In this document: in pieces, positions 49,216-57,736 of the stretch
Numbering within the stretch: position 1 is the stretch's first letter
Layout: each line of letters starts with the position of its first letter
Assembly: GCA_038062835.1 (NCBI GenBank)
Contig: JBBTWH010000001.1
Coordinates: 42,982 to 106,981 of the forward strand
Direction: 5' to 3'
Length of the DNA: 64,000 nucleotides
From: Patescibacteria group bacterium
Lineage (GTDB): Bacteria > Patescibacteriota > Patescibacteriia > SG8-24 > DYFX01
Notes under the pieces: generated by a model
Databases searched by the model: none
What the model was told of the DNA's origin: nothing
What the model saw: only the letters and a program-made list of their open reading frames with translations
Translations under genes and position numbers: made by a program

Positions 49216-49869
49216 CTACTTCTGCGTCCAGTGCGCTTCGCCTTTCTGCACCGCGATGATCTCCCCCGTCGCCCCTTGCGCGGAGAGCGAAGCGGCGTTG
49301 GCTTCGTCGGTGTCGAGATGGATGTTCATGCGGAAGCTCGGATGCACGCGCACCGCCACGTTGTGGACGGTGATCGGCGTCTCGCCCGGCACGCGGACCG
49401 AGATCAGGTCGCCGTTCTTCAGGCCGAGCGTCTCCGCCTCCTTGTCGGAGCAATGCAAATGCCGCTCGTCGTTGATGACGCCTTCGGCAAGCTCGACGGA
49501 ACCTTTCGGACCGACCAGCTCGCACGCGGCGGTCCCGGCGAGGTCGCCGGAGATGCGCACTGGCGTCATGATGCCCAAGCGATAGCCGTCGGAGAACGCC
49601 AGTTCGACCTGTGACTGCTTGCGGCACGGTCCGAGCACGCGCGCCTCGAACTGCCCCTTCGTCCCTTTGACGACGACTTTTTCCTCATACGCGTATTGCC
49701 CCGTCTGCGAGAGCTCCTTCAGGACCTTCATCTGGTAGCCGGAGCCGAAAAGGACGTCCTGGTGCTCCCGGGAAAGATGGACGTGGCGGGCGGAATATTC
49801 GATGCGCACCGAGACGCCGACGGCCGGATGCCCGGCGACGGAATCGAGCGGCAGGGGTTCATTCGTCAT
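49216..49869 (-). CDS. pduL: PduL-type phosphotransacylase
   Basis: SARHVHLS, LSQ.GQY, RVLGP.R..SQVE, RHLH, HLDTDEANA. Confidence 0.92.
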   Translation of the reverse strand: MTNEPLPLDSVAGHPAVGVSVRIEYSARHVHLSREHQDVLFGSGYQMKVLKELSQTGQYAYEEKVVVKGTKGQFEARVLGPCRKQSQVELAFSDGYRLGIMTPVRISGDLAGTAACELVGPKGSVELAEGVINDERHLHCSDKEAETLGLKNGDLISVRVPGETPITVHNVAVRVHPSFRMNIHLDTDEANAASLSAQGATGEIIAVQKGEAHWTQK

Positions 49870-50335
49870 AATGCTTCACGATGGGCGTTTCGTCGTAACG
49901 GAGGAAGAAGCGTACCACGCGGGCGATGAGCGTCTTCTCCTTGGTGATGCCGAACTTCTTGAGACGCGAGGCCGGCGCGCGGAAGGTCGTCACGGCCCAT
50001 TCGATCAGGCGCGCGTTCGACTTCACGACCATGCCGAGGATGCCGGTCTTCCACTTCGGCGCCGACAACCGCTTGTTCACGATCTTGATGGCGGAATCGG
50101 GACAGACGCGCTCGCAGGTCTCGCAGCCGATGCACTTGTCGAGGTCGATGACGATGGCCGGCTCGCCGAGCATGCCGAGCTTCTTGGTGTCCCAGCTGAT
50201 GGCGTTCACGGGGCACTTCATCACGCACTCGCCGCAGGATTTGCAAAGCCCGGTGAACCGCGTGACGCGGACCTTGGCGTTCTCCTCGGTGTGCGGTTCG
50301 AGGCGCTTGAGCTCTTCGGGCGTGTTGCGGTCCAT
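49859..50335 (-). CDS. 2x[4Fe-4S] ferredoxin (oxidoreductase delta subunit) with C-terminal extension
   Basis: CKSCGECVMKCP and CIGCETCERVCP. Confidence 0.88.
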   Translation of the reverse strand: MDRNTPEELKRLEPHTEENAKVRVTRFTGLCKSCGECVMKCPVNAISWDTKKLGMLGEPAIVIDLDKCIGCETCERVCPDSAIKIVNKRLSAPKWKTGILGMVVKSNARLIEWAVTTFRAPASRLKKFGITKEKTLIARVVRFFLRYDETPIVKHYDE

Positions 50336-50336
50336 A

Positions 50337-50888
50337 TCAGGCGTGGGAATAGCCGATGTCGAAGGCCTTCTCGTTCAGTTCCTTGAGCGCAGGGTCCACC
50401 TCGTACTTGGACTTGAACTGCTTCTCGATGCCAGCCAGGAAGCTGTCGCGGTCGAGCCCGGGAATCGTCTTCACCATCGCGCCCATCATGATCATGTTGA
50501 AGACGCGCGGCTTCTTCAGCTCCTCTTTGGCGATGCGGCCGGCGTCGATCTGCCTCGGATTCCAGCGCGTGATCTGCGCGACGTCCTTCACCAGGAAGCT
50601 GTTCACGATAATCTTCGTGTCGTCCTTGAGGTAGTTGAAGATACGCGGCACAGCGCGCTGGGAGAGCGCGACCCATAGGTCCGCCTTGGCGAACTTCGGA
50701 TACGCGAGATCCGTGTCGCTGATTTGCGCCCAGGCTTCGGTCACGCCGCCGCGCTTCTCGGTCGAGAAGTACGGCACGTAGACCGCCTTCTTCCCCTGAA
50801 GGAAGGCGGTGTAGGCGATGATCTTGGCGATGGACTGCACGCCCTGCCCCCCCTCGCCGCTGATGATGATCTTGTACGGCTGGCTCAT
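50337..50888 (-). CDS. 2-oxoacid:ferredoxin oxidoreductase gamma subunit
   Basis: GEGGQG, E.RGG, NMIMMGA, N.KAF..G. Confidence 0.9.
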   Translation of the reverse strand: MSQPYKIIISGEGGQGVQSIAKIIAYTAFLQGKKAVYVPYFSTEKRGGVTEAWAQISDTDLAYPKFAKADLWVALSQRAVPRIFNYLKDDTKIIVNSFLVKDVAQITRWNPRQIDAGRIAKEELKKPRVFNMIMMGAMVKTIPGLDRDSFLAGIEKQFKSKYEVDPALKELNEKAFDIGYSHA

Positions 50889-50889
50889 A

Positions 50890-51621
50890 TCAGAAATATC
50901 CCAGCTTGAACGCCTTCGCGAGCTTCCCTTCGAGGATCTCGAAGGTCTTGTCGGGATGCTCGACGGTGCCCCAGTTCAGCGTGCAGGGCGAAAGCACTTC
51001 GAGGAAGGCGAAGCCCTTGCCGTCGATGACGTGCCGGAGGCCTTCCTTCATCAGGTCGCGGAGCGCGAGCTGCCGCGTGGTGATGCCGCGCGCGATCCAG
51101 GCGCTCGGGTTCACGTGGCGGATGAGGTCGGGACCTTTGATGAAATGATCGTCCGCGCCGTACGGCGTGGTGGCCGTCTTCATGCCGGGGAGCGTCGTGG
51201 GCGCTTCCTGTCCGCCCGTCATCCCGTAGACGGCGTTGTTCACGACGATGACGAGGACGTCCTCATCGCGGATGGCGGCGCTCAGGAGTCCGCCCATTCC
51301 TATGGCGTAGGCGCCGCCGTCGCCGACGTACGCGACCGCGACGGCGTCGGGGTTGCCGCGCTTGAGTCCGCACATCGTCGGGACGGTGCGGCCGTGATGC
51401 GTCTCGATGGTGTCGATGTTGAAATAATCGTAGGCCAGGAGCGAACAGCCGATGTCGACGCCGAAGGCCACGCGCCGCTGGATGCCGAGATCGTCGATGG
51501 CGAAACCGAAGGCCTTGAGGACCTCGGGATGTCCGCAGCCGGGACAGAAAAGATGCGGCTTCGATTCAAGCCGTACGCACTTGGGATAGGCGAGATGAAT
51601 GCTGGGGGCATTCATAAGCAA
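50890..51621 (-). CDS. 2-oxoacid:ferredoxin oxidoreductase beta subunit
   Basis: FCPGCG, HGR, GDG...NN TPP motif, YGMTGGQ. Confidence 0.92.
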   Translation of the reverse strand: MLMNAPSIHLAYPKCVRLESKPHLFCPGCGHPEVLKAFGFAIDDLGIQRRVAFGVDIGCSLLAYDYFNIDTIETHHGRTVPTMCGLKRGNPDAVAVAYVGDGGAYAIGMGGLLSAAIRDEDVLVIVVNNAVYGMTGGQEAPTTLPGMKTATTPYGADDHFIKGPDLIRHVNPSAWIARGITTRQLALRDLMKEGLRHVIDGKGFAFLEVLSPCTLNWGTVEHPDKTFEILEGKLAKAFKLGYF

Positions 51622-51741
51622 AAAGCCAAAAGTTCAAAGCAAGAAGCTGGAAGCCAAAGGTCAAAATTCAAAAGCCCGAGCTTTTTTCTTGCAGCTTCTG
51701 ACTTCCCGCTTTTGGCCTTTGACTTTTGGCTTTTTGCTTTC
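51617..51741. repeat. Long imperfect palindrome of degenerate heptamers
   Basis: AGCAAAAAGCCAAAAGT... pairs with ...ACTTTTGGCTTTTTGCT. Confidence 0.7.
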
Positions 51742-51745
51742 ATAT

Positions 51746-52864
51746 TCAGGCGTTCTTGATGAGTTCCACGATCTCCTCGGGATAGATGCCGATGGAGGGG
51801 CGGAAGTGTTCGATCATCTTCGGGCCGGGCATGTCGTACAAACCGTCGCGCACGATGCGGGCGAGCTGGTTGATGGCGGACTCGGCGAGAATGATGGTGT
51901 CGGCGCCCTTCGCCGCTTCGAGCAGGGCCTTCCGCGGGAACGGATTGATGGTGATGGGACGGAAGAGGCGCGCCTTGCCGCCGGTGGCGTCGATGGCGGC
52001 CTTGGCGGCCTGCGAGACGATGCCGTGCGCGACGACGAGCACCTTGGCGTTCGGGTCGCCGTACGACTCGTGCTCCTCGATGTCCGGCGCCATCTTGTCC
52101 CAAGCGGCCTTGATCTCCATGTTCACCTGGAGCGTCTCCTCTTCGAGGTTCAGGCAGTTGCGGTAACAGGAATATTCCACGCCGTCCTGGACGCGGATGT
52201 GCACTTCGGGTTTCGGCACGACTTCGTTGATGGGCCGATCGCGCTTTTCTTCGAGCAAGTAGCGTTCCGTCGGCACCGTCTCGATGCCGCGCGAAGCGGG
52301 ATCGTACAGCTCGACCTCGCCCATCATCTTGGCCTGGTAGCCGTCGGAAAGCAGGAAGGTCGGGAAACGATATTTCCAGGCGATGTTGAAGACCTTGATG
52401 CCGTAGTCGTAGAGCTCCTGCAGGGTCGCCGTCGAATAGACGATGCGGTAGCCGTTGCCGTTGCCGCCGTAGGCGGTGAGGTTCACTTCGGATTGCGAAT
52501 AGATGACGGTGGAGGTGGACGGGCCGCCGCGCATGTTGATGTAGGCGACGGTCGGCGTGCGCATCGCCTCCGCCATCGAGAAAGCGTCCTGCATCAGGAT
52601 GTTGCCGGGACCGGCGGTGACGGTGAAGGAGCGGCGCCCGGCCAAGGTGGAGCCGAGCAGCATGAACGACGCGCCGATCTCATCCTCGGCCTGTACGAAC
52701 ACCATGTCGTCCTTCTTCCCCTGCTCCGAACCGGCCTCCTTCGCCCACCAAAGCAAAATCTCCGACCCTGGCGTGATCGGATACCCATACATGGCCGTCG
52801 CCCCGGCAGCGCGCGCCGCCCGAGCCAGGACCTCGTTGCCCATCATGAACTGTTTTTCGGGCAT
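51746..52864 (-). CDS. 2-oxoacid:ferredoxin oxidoreductase alpha subunit
   Basis: GNE, GYPITP.SE, QAEDE, T.GPG, RGGPST. Confidence 0.93.
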   Translation of the reverse strand: MPEKQFMMGNEVLARAARAAGATAMYGYPITPGSEILLWWAKEAGSEQGKKDDMVFVQAEDEIGASFMLLGSTLAGRRSFTVTAGPGNILMQDAFSMAEAMRTPTVAYINMRGGPSTSTVIYSQSEVNLTAYGGNGNGYRIVYSTATLQELYDYGIKVFNIAWKYRFPTFLLSDGYQAKMMGEVELYDPASRGIETVPTERYLLEEKRDRPINEVVPKPEVHIRVQDGVEYSCYRNCLNLEEETLQVNMEIKAAWDKMAPDIEEHESYGDPNAKVLVVAHGIVSQAAKAAIDATGGKARLFRPITINPFPRKALLEAAKGADTIILAESAINQLARIVRDGLYDMPGPKMIEHFRPSIGIYPEEIVELIKNA

Positions 52865-52881
52865 GCCCGCAGTATAGCAAA
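52799..52881. repeat. 83-bp direct repeat, copy 1 (-10 box plus first 22 codons)
   Basis: 80/83 identical to 54798-54880. Confidence 0.92.
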
Positions 52882-52931
52882 CAAGGCCCCGAAGGGCCTT
52901 GTGGGGACTGTGGAGACATTTGACGGCCGCA

Positions 52932-54863
52932 TCATCCAGACAACGGGGTACCGACCGTGTAATTCACCCAGAAAGCGTCAGAGACGTCGTCGATCATGCG
53001 ATTCCATCCGTCGCCGTACAGCTGACGCGCCGCCGCCTCCGACGGCACCAAGCGGAGGATGCCCGCGCGCGAAACCACGTAGACTTTAGGGTCGCTCTGG
53101 ACCTTGATCATGCGAGCGCCTGGCCGGTAGGTGATGTTGCCGCCAAGGGGGATGCCCGCCAGCGTCGCGTCAGAAACAGTCGCGATGCCGTTGAAGTCGG
53201 CGTACCAGGTGAAATAGGCCCTGTCGTTCACGAAGACGTAGCGTTTACCGTCGGCGCCGCAGTAATAGACCGCCGGCAACGTTCCCCTGACGCGCGATCC
53301 GGAGACGCAGGGCGGCGAGGAAGCGGTGGTGAGGCGCTTGTCCGTATTGATGTCCCACGTCGAAGCCATCGCGACCATCGCCGTGTAGTCGCCCGCCACG
53401 GTCGGATCGGTCGCCGGCGGAATGGATCTTCCCGAACCATCGGGGTCATAGCCGTTACGCGCTTCGTCGCCGTCCTTGAATCCATCGCCGTCCGTGTCAG
53501 GATTCGACGGGTTCGTATTGAAATGCCCGGTCTCCTCGGCATCGGAAAGCCCGTCGCCGTCGGTATCCGCCGGCAACAGTGCGGATGGTGGCGCGGGTGT
53601 GGGTGTGGGTGTGGGTGTGGGTGTGGGTGTGGGTGTGGAACCCGGCGCCGTGCAGGCCAGCGGCGCATGGGCCTTGGCAGACTGACAGATGTTGCCGCCG
53701 CCGTCGACGACCATGCTTTGGGGACCGAAGAGGAGCCCGTTTCCCGTAACGCCGAAATCGTTGGCAGTAAAGACGTTGTTCGAAAGGATAAAATCGCCGG
53801 AGCCGATATCGTGGCCGTCCTGTGGGATGTTCGCCACGGCGACGCTCGAGAAATCGAACTCGGCGTTGAAATCGGCGGGACTCGCGGCATTCAATACGCG
53901 ATTGCCGCGGAACGTGTTATCCGTGAAATAGACCTTGCTTTCCGACGGCTTGAAACGGTACGCCCGGAAGAAATAGAACATCCGCGCCGAACCGCCCTCG
54001 ACCGTATTATCGGAGACGGTGTTCGATTTCCAGCTGTTGAAGTACCAGCCGCCGATGCCGCAGACCAGCGAGCGGTGGATCCGATTGCGGTCGAAGATCG
54101 TCCGTTCAATGAGGCCTACCGTCTCGATCCCGCAATCGTAGTTTCCCGCGGTATCGTTATCCCGGACCACGTCATCGCTCTCGTCGATCAGCACGATGCC
54201 GTCATCGAGCCCGAGATGATCCGCAGGCGCGTCCCTGCCAGTCAGGGTATTGGCCGTAATCGCGTTCCGGCGGCCGTTCGAGACGCTGATGAGCGCGGGA
54301 ACGTCGAACGTGGCCGTCCGCATCGAGAGCGTGTTGCGCTCGATCTTGCTGTCAGACGAGCCGTTGAAGGTGAGCGCCGCCGCCATGGTGTTGTCGTGGA
54401 CATCGATGAACGATGAGTCATTGATGCTCGCGTCGATGTACGCATCGGACGAAGATGTCGTCAGGGTATTGCCGGTGATCTCGCCGCGCGTGCCTCGGAC
54501 GACGTAGAGGAAGGAGCGGTGCTGAGCGCCATCATCCTTGGTATTGAACCTGCAATTCTTGAGCGTGAAATCGCTGACGTCGGTGAACTCGAACGCCCGG
54601 TAGAAGTCGTTGATCGTGTTGTTCTGGCAATCGATGACGACATCGTGCGTGTCGTGGATGCTGAAACACGGCGTTCCGACGTTCGTCGACAAGGTCTGTT
54701 CGAGGACGTATGTGCCGCTTGCAGTGATTTCCCGGCAACTGGAAAGCACCATCGGGGCATCCGCCGCCGCCGTGAAGGGAACGAGCAGCATCAGGACCGC
54801 CCCGGCAGCGCGCGCCGCCCGAGCCAGGACCTCGTTGCCCATCATGAACTGCTTTTCGGCCAT
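52932..54863 (-). CDS. Secreted right-handed beta-helix surface protein with PT linker, Ca-binding DxDGDG repeats and 'IKVQSDPK' C-terminal domain
   Basis: Asn-ladder repeats, (PT)n, DTDGDG x2, C-terminus homologous to 8847-10598. Confidence 0.8.
   Translation of the reverse strand: MAEKQFMMGNEVLARAARAAGAVLMLLVPFTAAADAPMVLSSCREITASGTYVLEQTLSTNVGTPCFSIHDTHDVVIDCQNNTINDFYRAFEFTDVSDFTLKNCRFNTKDDGAQHRSFLYVVRGTRGEITGNTLTTSSSDAYIDASINDSSFIDVHDNTMAAALTFNGSSDSKIERNTLSMRTATFDVPALISVSNGRRNAITANTLTGRDAPADHLGLDDGIVLIDESDDVVRDNDTAGNYDCGIETVGLIERTIFDRNRIHRSLVCGIGGWYFNSWKSNTVSDNTVEGGSARMFYFFRAYRFKPSESKVYFTDNTFRGNRVLNAASPADFNAEFDFSSVAVANIPQDGHDIGSGDFILSNNVFTANDFGVTGNGLLFGPQSMVVDGGGNICQSAKAHAPLACTAPGSTPTPTPTPTPTPTPAPPSALLPADTDGDGLSDAEETGHFNTNPSNPDTDGDGFKDGDEARNGYDPDGSGRSIPPATDPTVAGDYTAMVAMASTWDINTDKRLTTASSPPCVSGSRVRGTLPAVYYCGADGKRYVFVNDRAYFTWYADFNGIATVSDATLAGIPLGGNITYRPGARMIKVQSDPKVYVVSRAGILRLVPSEAAARQLYGDGWNRMIDDVSDAFWVNYTVGTPLSG
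53595..53636. repeat. Perfect (GGGTGT)7 tandem repeat encoding the Pro-Thr linker
   Basis: Read directly from the sequence. Confidence 0.9.
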
Positions 54864-54880
54864 GCCCGCAGTATATCAAA
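54798..54880. repeat. 83-bp direct repeat, copy 2
   Basis: 80/83 identical to 52799-52881. Confidence 0.92.
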
Positions 54881-55009
54881 AAAGAGGGGCGGCGGCGTCA
54901 TCGGTCGCGAGCTGGCGCCGGGAAGAGGTATGTCGCTGTTGGAACGGACGCTGCGCTCGCGACCGCTGCCGCCGCCTTGGTGGGGACAAGAACCACACTG
55001 ATTCGAGGC

Positions 55010-55038
55010 TTGACATTTCGCCTCCGAGGTGGTAGACC
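55010..55038 (+). promoter_or_regulatory. sigma70 promoter of the SPFH gene
   Basis: TTGACA-17 nt-TAGACC. Confidence 0.6.
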
Positions 55039-55073
55039 GGCGCGGTACGCAACCCGTGAAAGGAGTTCATTCG

Positions 55074-55961
55074 ATGCGCAAAGGTCTCATGATCGCCGGT
55101 ATCGCCGTCTTCGTCCTCGTCTGCGGCAGTTTCCTAACTTGGTGCGGCTTCGCCCGCAACCCGGAATCGCCGGCCGGCTACGTCGGCTACTGCACGCAGG
55201 GCTCGATGTTCGGCAAGGCCGAGTTCTACGGCATGCAGAAGGGTCCGACCTCCCCCGGCCGGACCTGGATGCTCGAGTGCGTGAATATCAGCATCACGCC
55301 GTACACCTTCACCGAGACGTTCACCGCCGAGGATTCGGTGCTCTCGAGCGACCAGCTCAAGCTCTCGGTGAACATGCACGTCACCTTCAAGATCGACGAG
55401 GCCAAGGTGCGCGCCTTCGTCGAGGAGTACAGCACCCTCCACGAAGGCGCGAAGGACCCGAACAAGGTCGTCCAGGTCGCCTACGACAACTACCTGAAGC
55501 CAAAGATGCGGGCGTTCGTCCGCAGCGAGATCCAGGAGCGCGTGTGGGGACAAGCCGTCAAGGAGATGCTGTTGATCGGCACCAGCGTCCAGGATGACCT
55601 CGTGGCGTCCACCAAGGACACGCCCTTCGTGGTGATGAGCGTCGTCATCGACAGCATCCAGCCGCCCAAAGAGGTGGCCGACGCGGTCTCGATGAAGCTG
55701 GCCACCGATCAGATCCTGGCCCGCAAGGACGCCGAGGTCGAGATTGCCAAGAAGGACGCCGCCAAGCGCGAGGAGGAAGCCCGCGGCATCGCCAAAGCCA
55801 TGGAGATCATCAACGGCAAGCTGTCGCCGATGTACCTCCAGCACGAGGCCATCGAAGCGCAGAAGATGATGGTCGGTTCGCCGAACCACACCACCATCTA
55901 CATCCCGGTCGGCACGAACGGCGTGCCTCTGACAGGCACCTTCGACGCCTCCGGCAAGTGA
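55074..55961 (+). CDS. SPFH/Band 7/prohibitin family protein
   Basis: N-terminal TM, I..I.PP..V..A, EARGIA.A coiled coil; AAGGAG RBS. Confidence 0.85.
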   Translation: MRKGLMIAGIAVFVLVCGSFLTWCGFARNPESPAGYVGYCTQGSMFGKAEFYGMQKGPTSPGRTWMLECVNISITPYTFTETFTAEDSVLSSDQLKLSVNMHVTFKIDEAKVRAFVEEYSTLHEGAKDPNKVVQVAYDNYLKPKMRAFVRSEIQERVWGQAVKEMLLIGTSVQDDLVASTKDTPFVVMSVVIDSIQPPKEVADAVSMKLATDQILARKDAEVEIAKKDAAKREEEARGIAKAMEIINGKLSPMYLQHEAIEAQKMMVGSPNHTTIYIPVGTNGVPLTGTFDASGK

Positions 55962-56057
55962 CCCCTCCGTGAGGGGTCTTTTTCTTTACTCCAACGCCCA
56001 AGGAGATTTTTTAGGCGTATACAAATACACGATATCCTCGGTACCGATGTACGTATC

Positions 56058-56615
56058 TCATTCGCTCGGTTTGCAGTTCTTGAAATCAACGGTCACCTCG
56101 AAACTCTTTCCAGACGGCGCGGACTGGGCATTTTCCAGCTGACACTCCGCGCGCAGCGACCCGGACCAATACTCCTGCCCACGGTCTCTTGAGACCCTTC
56201 TTCCGGAAAACAGGTTGATGCTCAGGTATGCGCCCAAAGGATAACCATTCTCGATATTCGAAACAGGAAATGTGCATGGACGTCCGTAAAAACGGCCGCC
56301 GGTAGGCGGTTGATAGTACTCAACCATCGGCCTAAGCGCGATGCTGACCAGATTCCTCTTCTCGATATCCCGCGCGAACCCGACACCCTCATTGTCCTTG
56401 GTATAGAATTGCGGACCGAAAACCGTGCCGAGGCATGAGGTGATCGGTGCGCTGGAAATCGTCTCGCCGTTTTCCTTGATGACAAGCTGCCCGTGCACTT
56501 CCGTCGGCAAAAAGTACGACTGGTTCGTTCCCCGCATGACGTAAAACACCGCGACACCAACGAGCATGAGCGCTAGTGCGAGATGTTTCAGGGTGTCACG
56601 CGTGATACGGGGCAT
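56058..56615 (-). CDS. Hypothetical membrane-anchored protein, lower GC
   Basis: 185-aa ORF with N-terminal TM, directly downstream of the Rieske gene. Confidence 0.6.
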   Translation of the reverse strand: MPRITRDTLKHLALALMLVGVAVFYVMRGTNQSYFLPTEVHGQLVIKENGETISSAPITSCLGTVFGPQFYTKDNEGVGFARDIEKRNLVSIALRPMVEYYQPPTGGRFYGRPCTFPVSNIENGYPLGAYLSINLFSGRRVSRDRGQEYWSGSLRAECQLENAQSAPSGKSFEVTVDFKNCKPSE

Positions 56616-56624
56616 ATACAGGTA

Positions 56625-56966
56625 TCATTCTAACGCCCAAGGACTCTTTTTGGGAGTGTACAGGTACACGATCTCCTCCCCCTCCACGACGATCTCGATT
56701 TTTTCCAAATTGGCTCCCTCCGGCGCCGCCGTGTCGGGGACGGCTTGGCCCGTCGTGCATTCGTAGCGGGCGCCGTGCCAGTCGCATTCGAAATGCTCGC
56801 CGACGCAGCGGAGCTTGCCGCCCATGTGCATGCACCAGTCGACGTAGCCACGCAAAGAATCTCCGGTGTTGACGATAATCAAATCGCGCCCCATGGCGCG
56901 GTAGCTTTTGGCGCGGCCGACGGGGACGTCGGAAACTTTACCAAGGGTGATCCTTTGCGTCGTCAT
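56625..56966 (-). CDS. Rieske [2Fe-2S] ferredoxin
   Basis: CMH...CDWH ligands. Confidence 0.88.
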   Translation of the reverse strand: MTTQRITLGKVSDVPVGRAKSYRAMGRDLIIVNTGDSLRGYVDWCMHMGGKLRCVGEHFECDWHGARYECTTGQAVPDTAAPEGANLEKIEIVVEGEEIVYLYTPKKSPWALE

Positions 56967-57669
56967 GATGCTTGCGGTGTCCGAAGGTGTAATTGAAGCC
57001 GTCGTGGCGGATGGGGCCGCGCGCGAGGATGTGGAGTTCGGCCAGGAGGAACTTGGCGTAGATCGGGAAGCGGCCGTCGCGGTCGAAGCGGCGGACGGAG
57101 ACGCGGATGCGCGAACCCGTCATGACGCGGAACTTGCCGATCTTACCGGCACGTTCGACGTAGTCGTGATCCTCGGCGAGCGTGATGGATTCGTCGAAGC
57201 CGCCGATGGCCTCGTGCAGCGCCTTGGTCGCGAAGATGCAGAAGCCCGGCGCGTGCGCCATCAGGAACTGCGTGGCCATCATGTGAGCGTTGAAGACGTT
57301 GTGCGTGACGGAGTCGAGCAGGTTGCCGCCGAGCGGCTTGATCATGCAGGTCGCGGCATCGAGCTTGCGGCGCGCGAACTGCGCGACCTTGTGATCGAGC
57401 CAGTCGGTCTCCGGCAGGACGACGTCGGCGTCCAGGAACAAAAGAAGGTCGCCTTGCGCGGCGCGGGCGCCCAGGTTCCTTCCGGGACCGGGCATGCCGC
57501 CGTCGACGACCTTCGCTCCGAACCGCGCCGCGATCTCTCGCGTGCGGTCGGTGGATTTGGCGTCCGCCACGATGATCTCATACCCCTCAAAGCGCTGGCT
57601 CCGGATGGAAGCCAGCAGGCGCGGGAGGTAGTCCTCCTCATTATAGGTAGGGATGATGATGCTGAGCAT
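56938..57669 (-). CDS. Glycosyltransferase family 2
   Basis: SIIIPTYNEE, S.D.T, RN.GA, FLDAD, GGFDE, ED. Confidence 0.92.
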   Translation of the reverse strand: MLSIIIPTYNEEDYLPRLLASIRSQRFEGYEIIVADAKSTDRTREIAARFGAKVVDGGMPGPGRNLGARAAQGDLLLFLDADVVLPETDWLDHKVAQFARRKLDAATCMIKPLGGNLLDSVTHNVFNAHMMATQFLMAHAPGFCIFATKALHEAIGGFDESITLAEDHDYVERAGKIGKFRVMTGSRIRVSVRRFDRDGRFPIYAKFLLAELHILARGPIRHDGFNYTFGHRKHHDDAKDHPW

Positions 57670-57736
57670 AACGGGGTTTCAGACCGTTTTCACGGGCTAA
57701 AACCCTATCGAGAGACACGATACCACGCCGGAGGGC

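Noticed and set aside
51612-51743. Small ORF MKAKSQKSKAK...
   Set aside because: Translation by-product of the heptamer hairpin; no independent coding evidence
53595-53636. Phase-variation switch at (GGGTGT)7
   Set aside because: A hexamer unit preserves the frame; slippage would only change linker length
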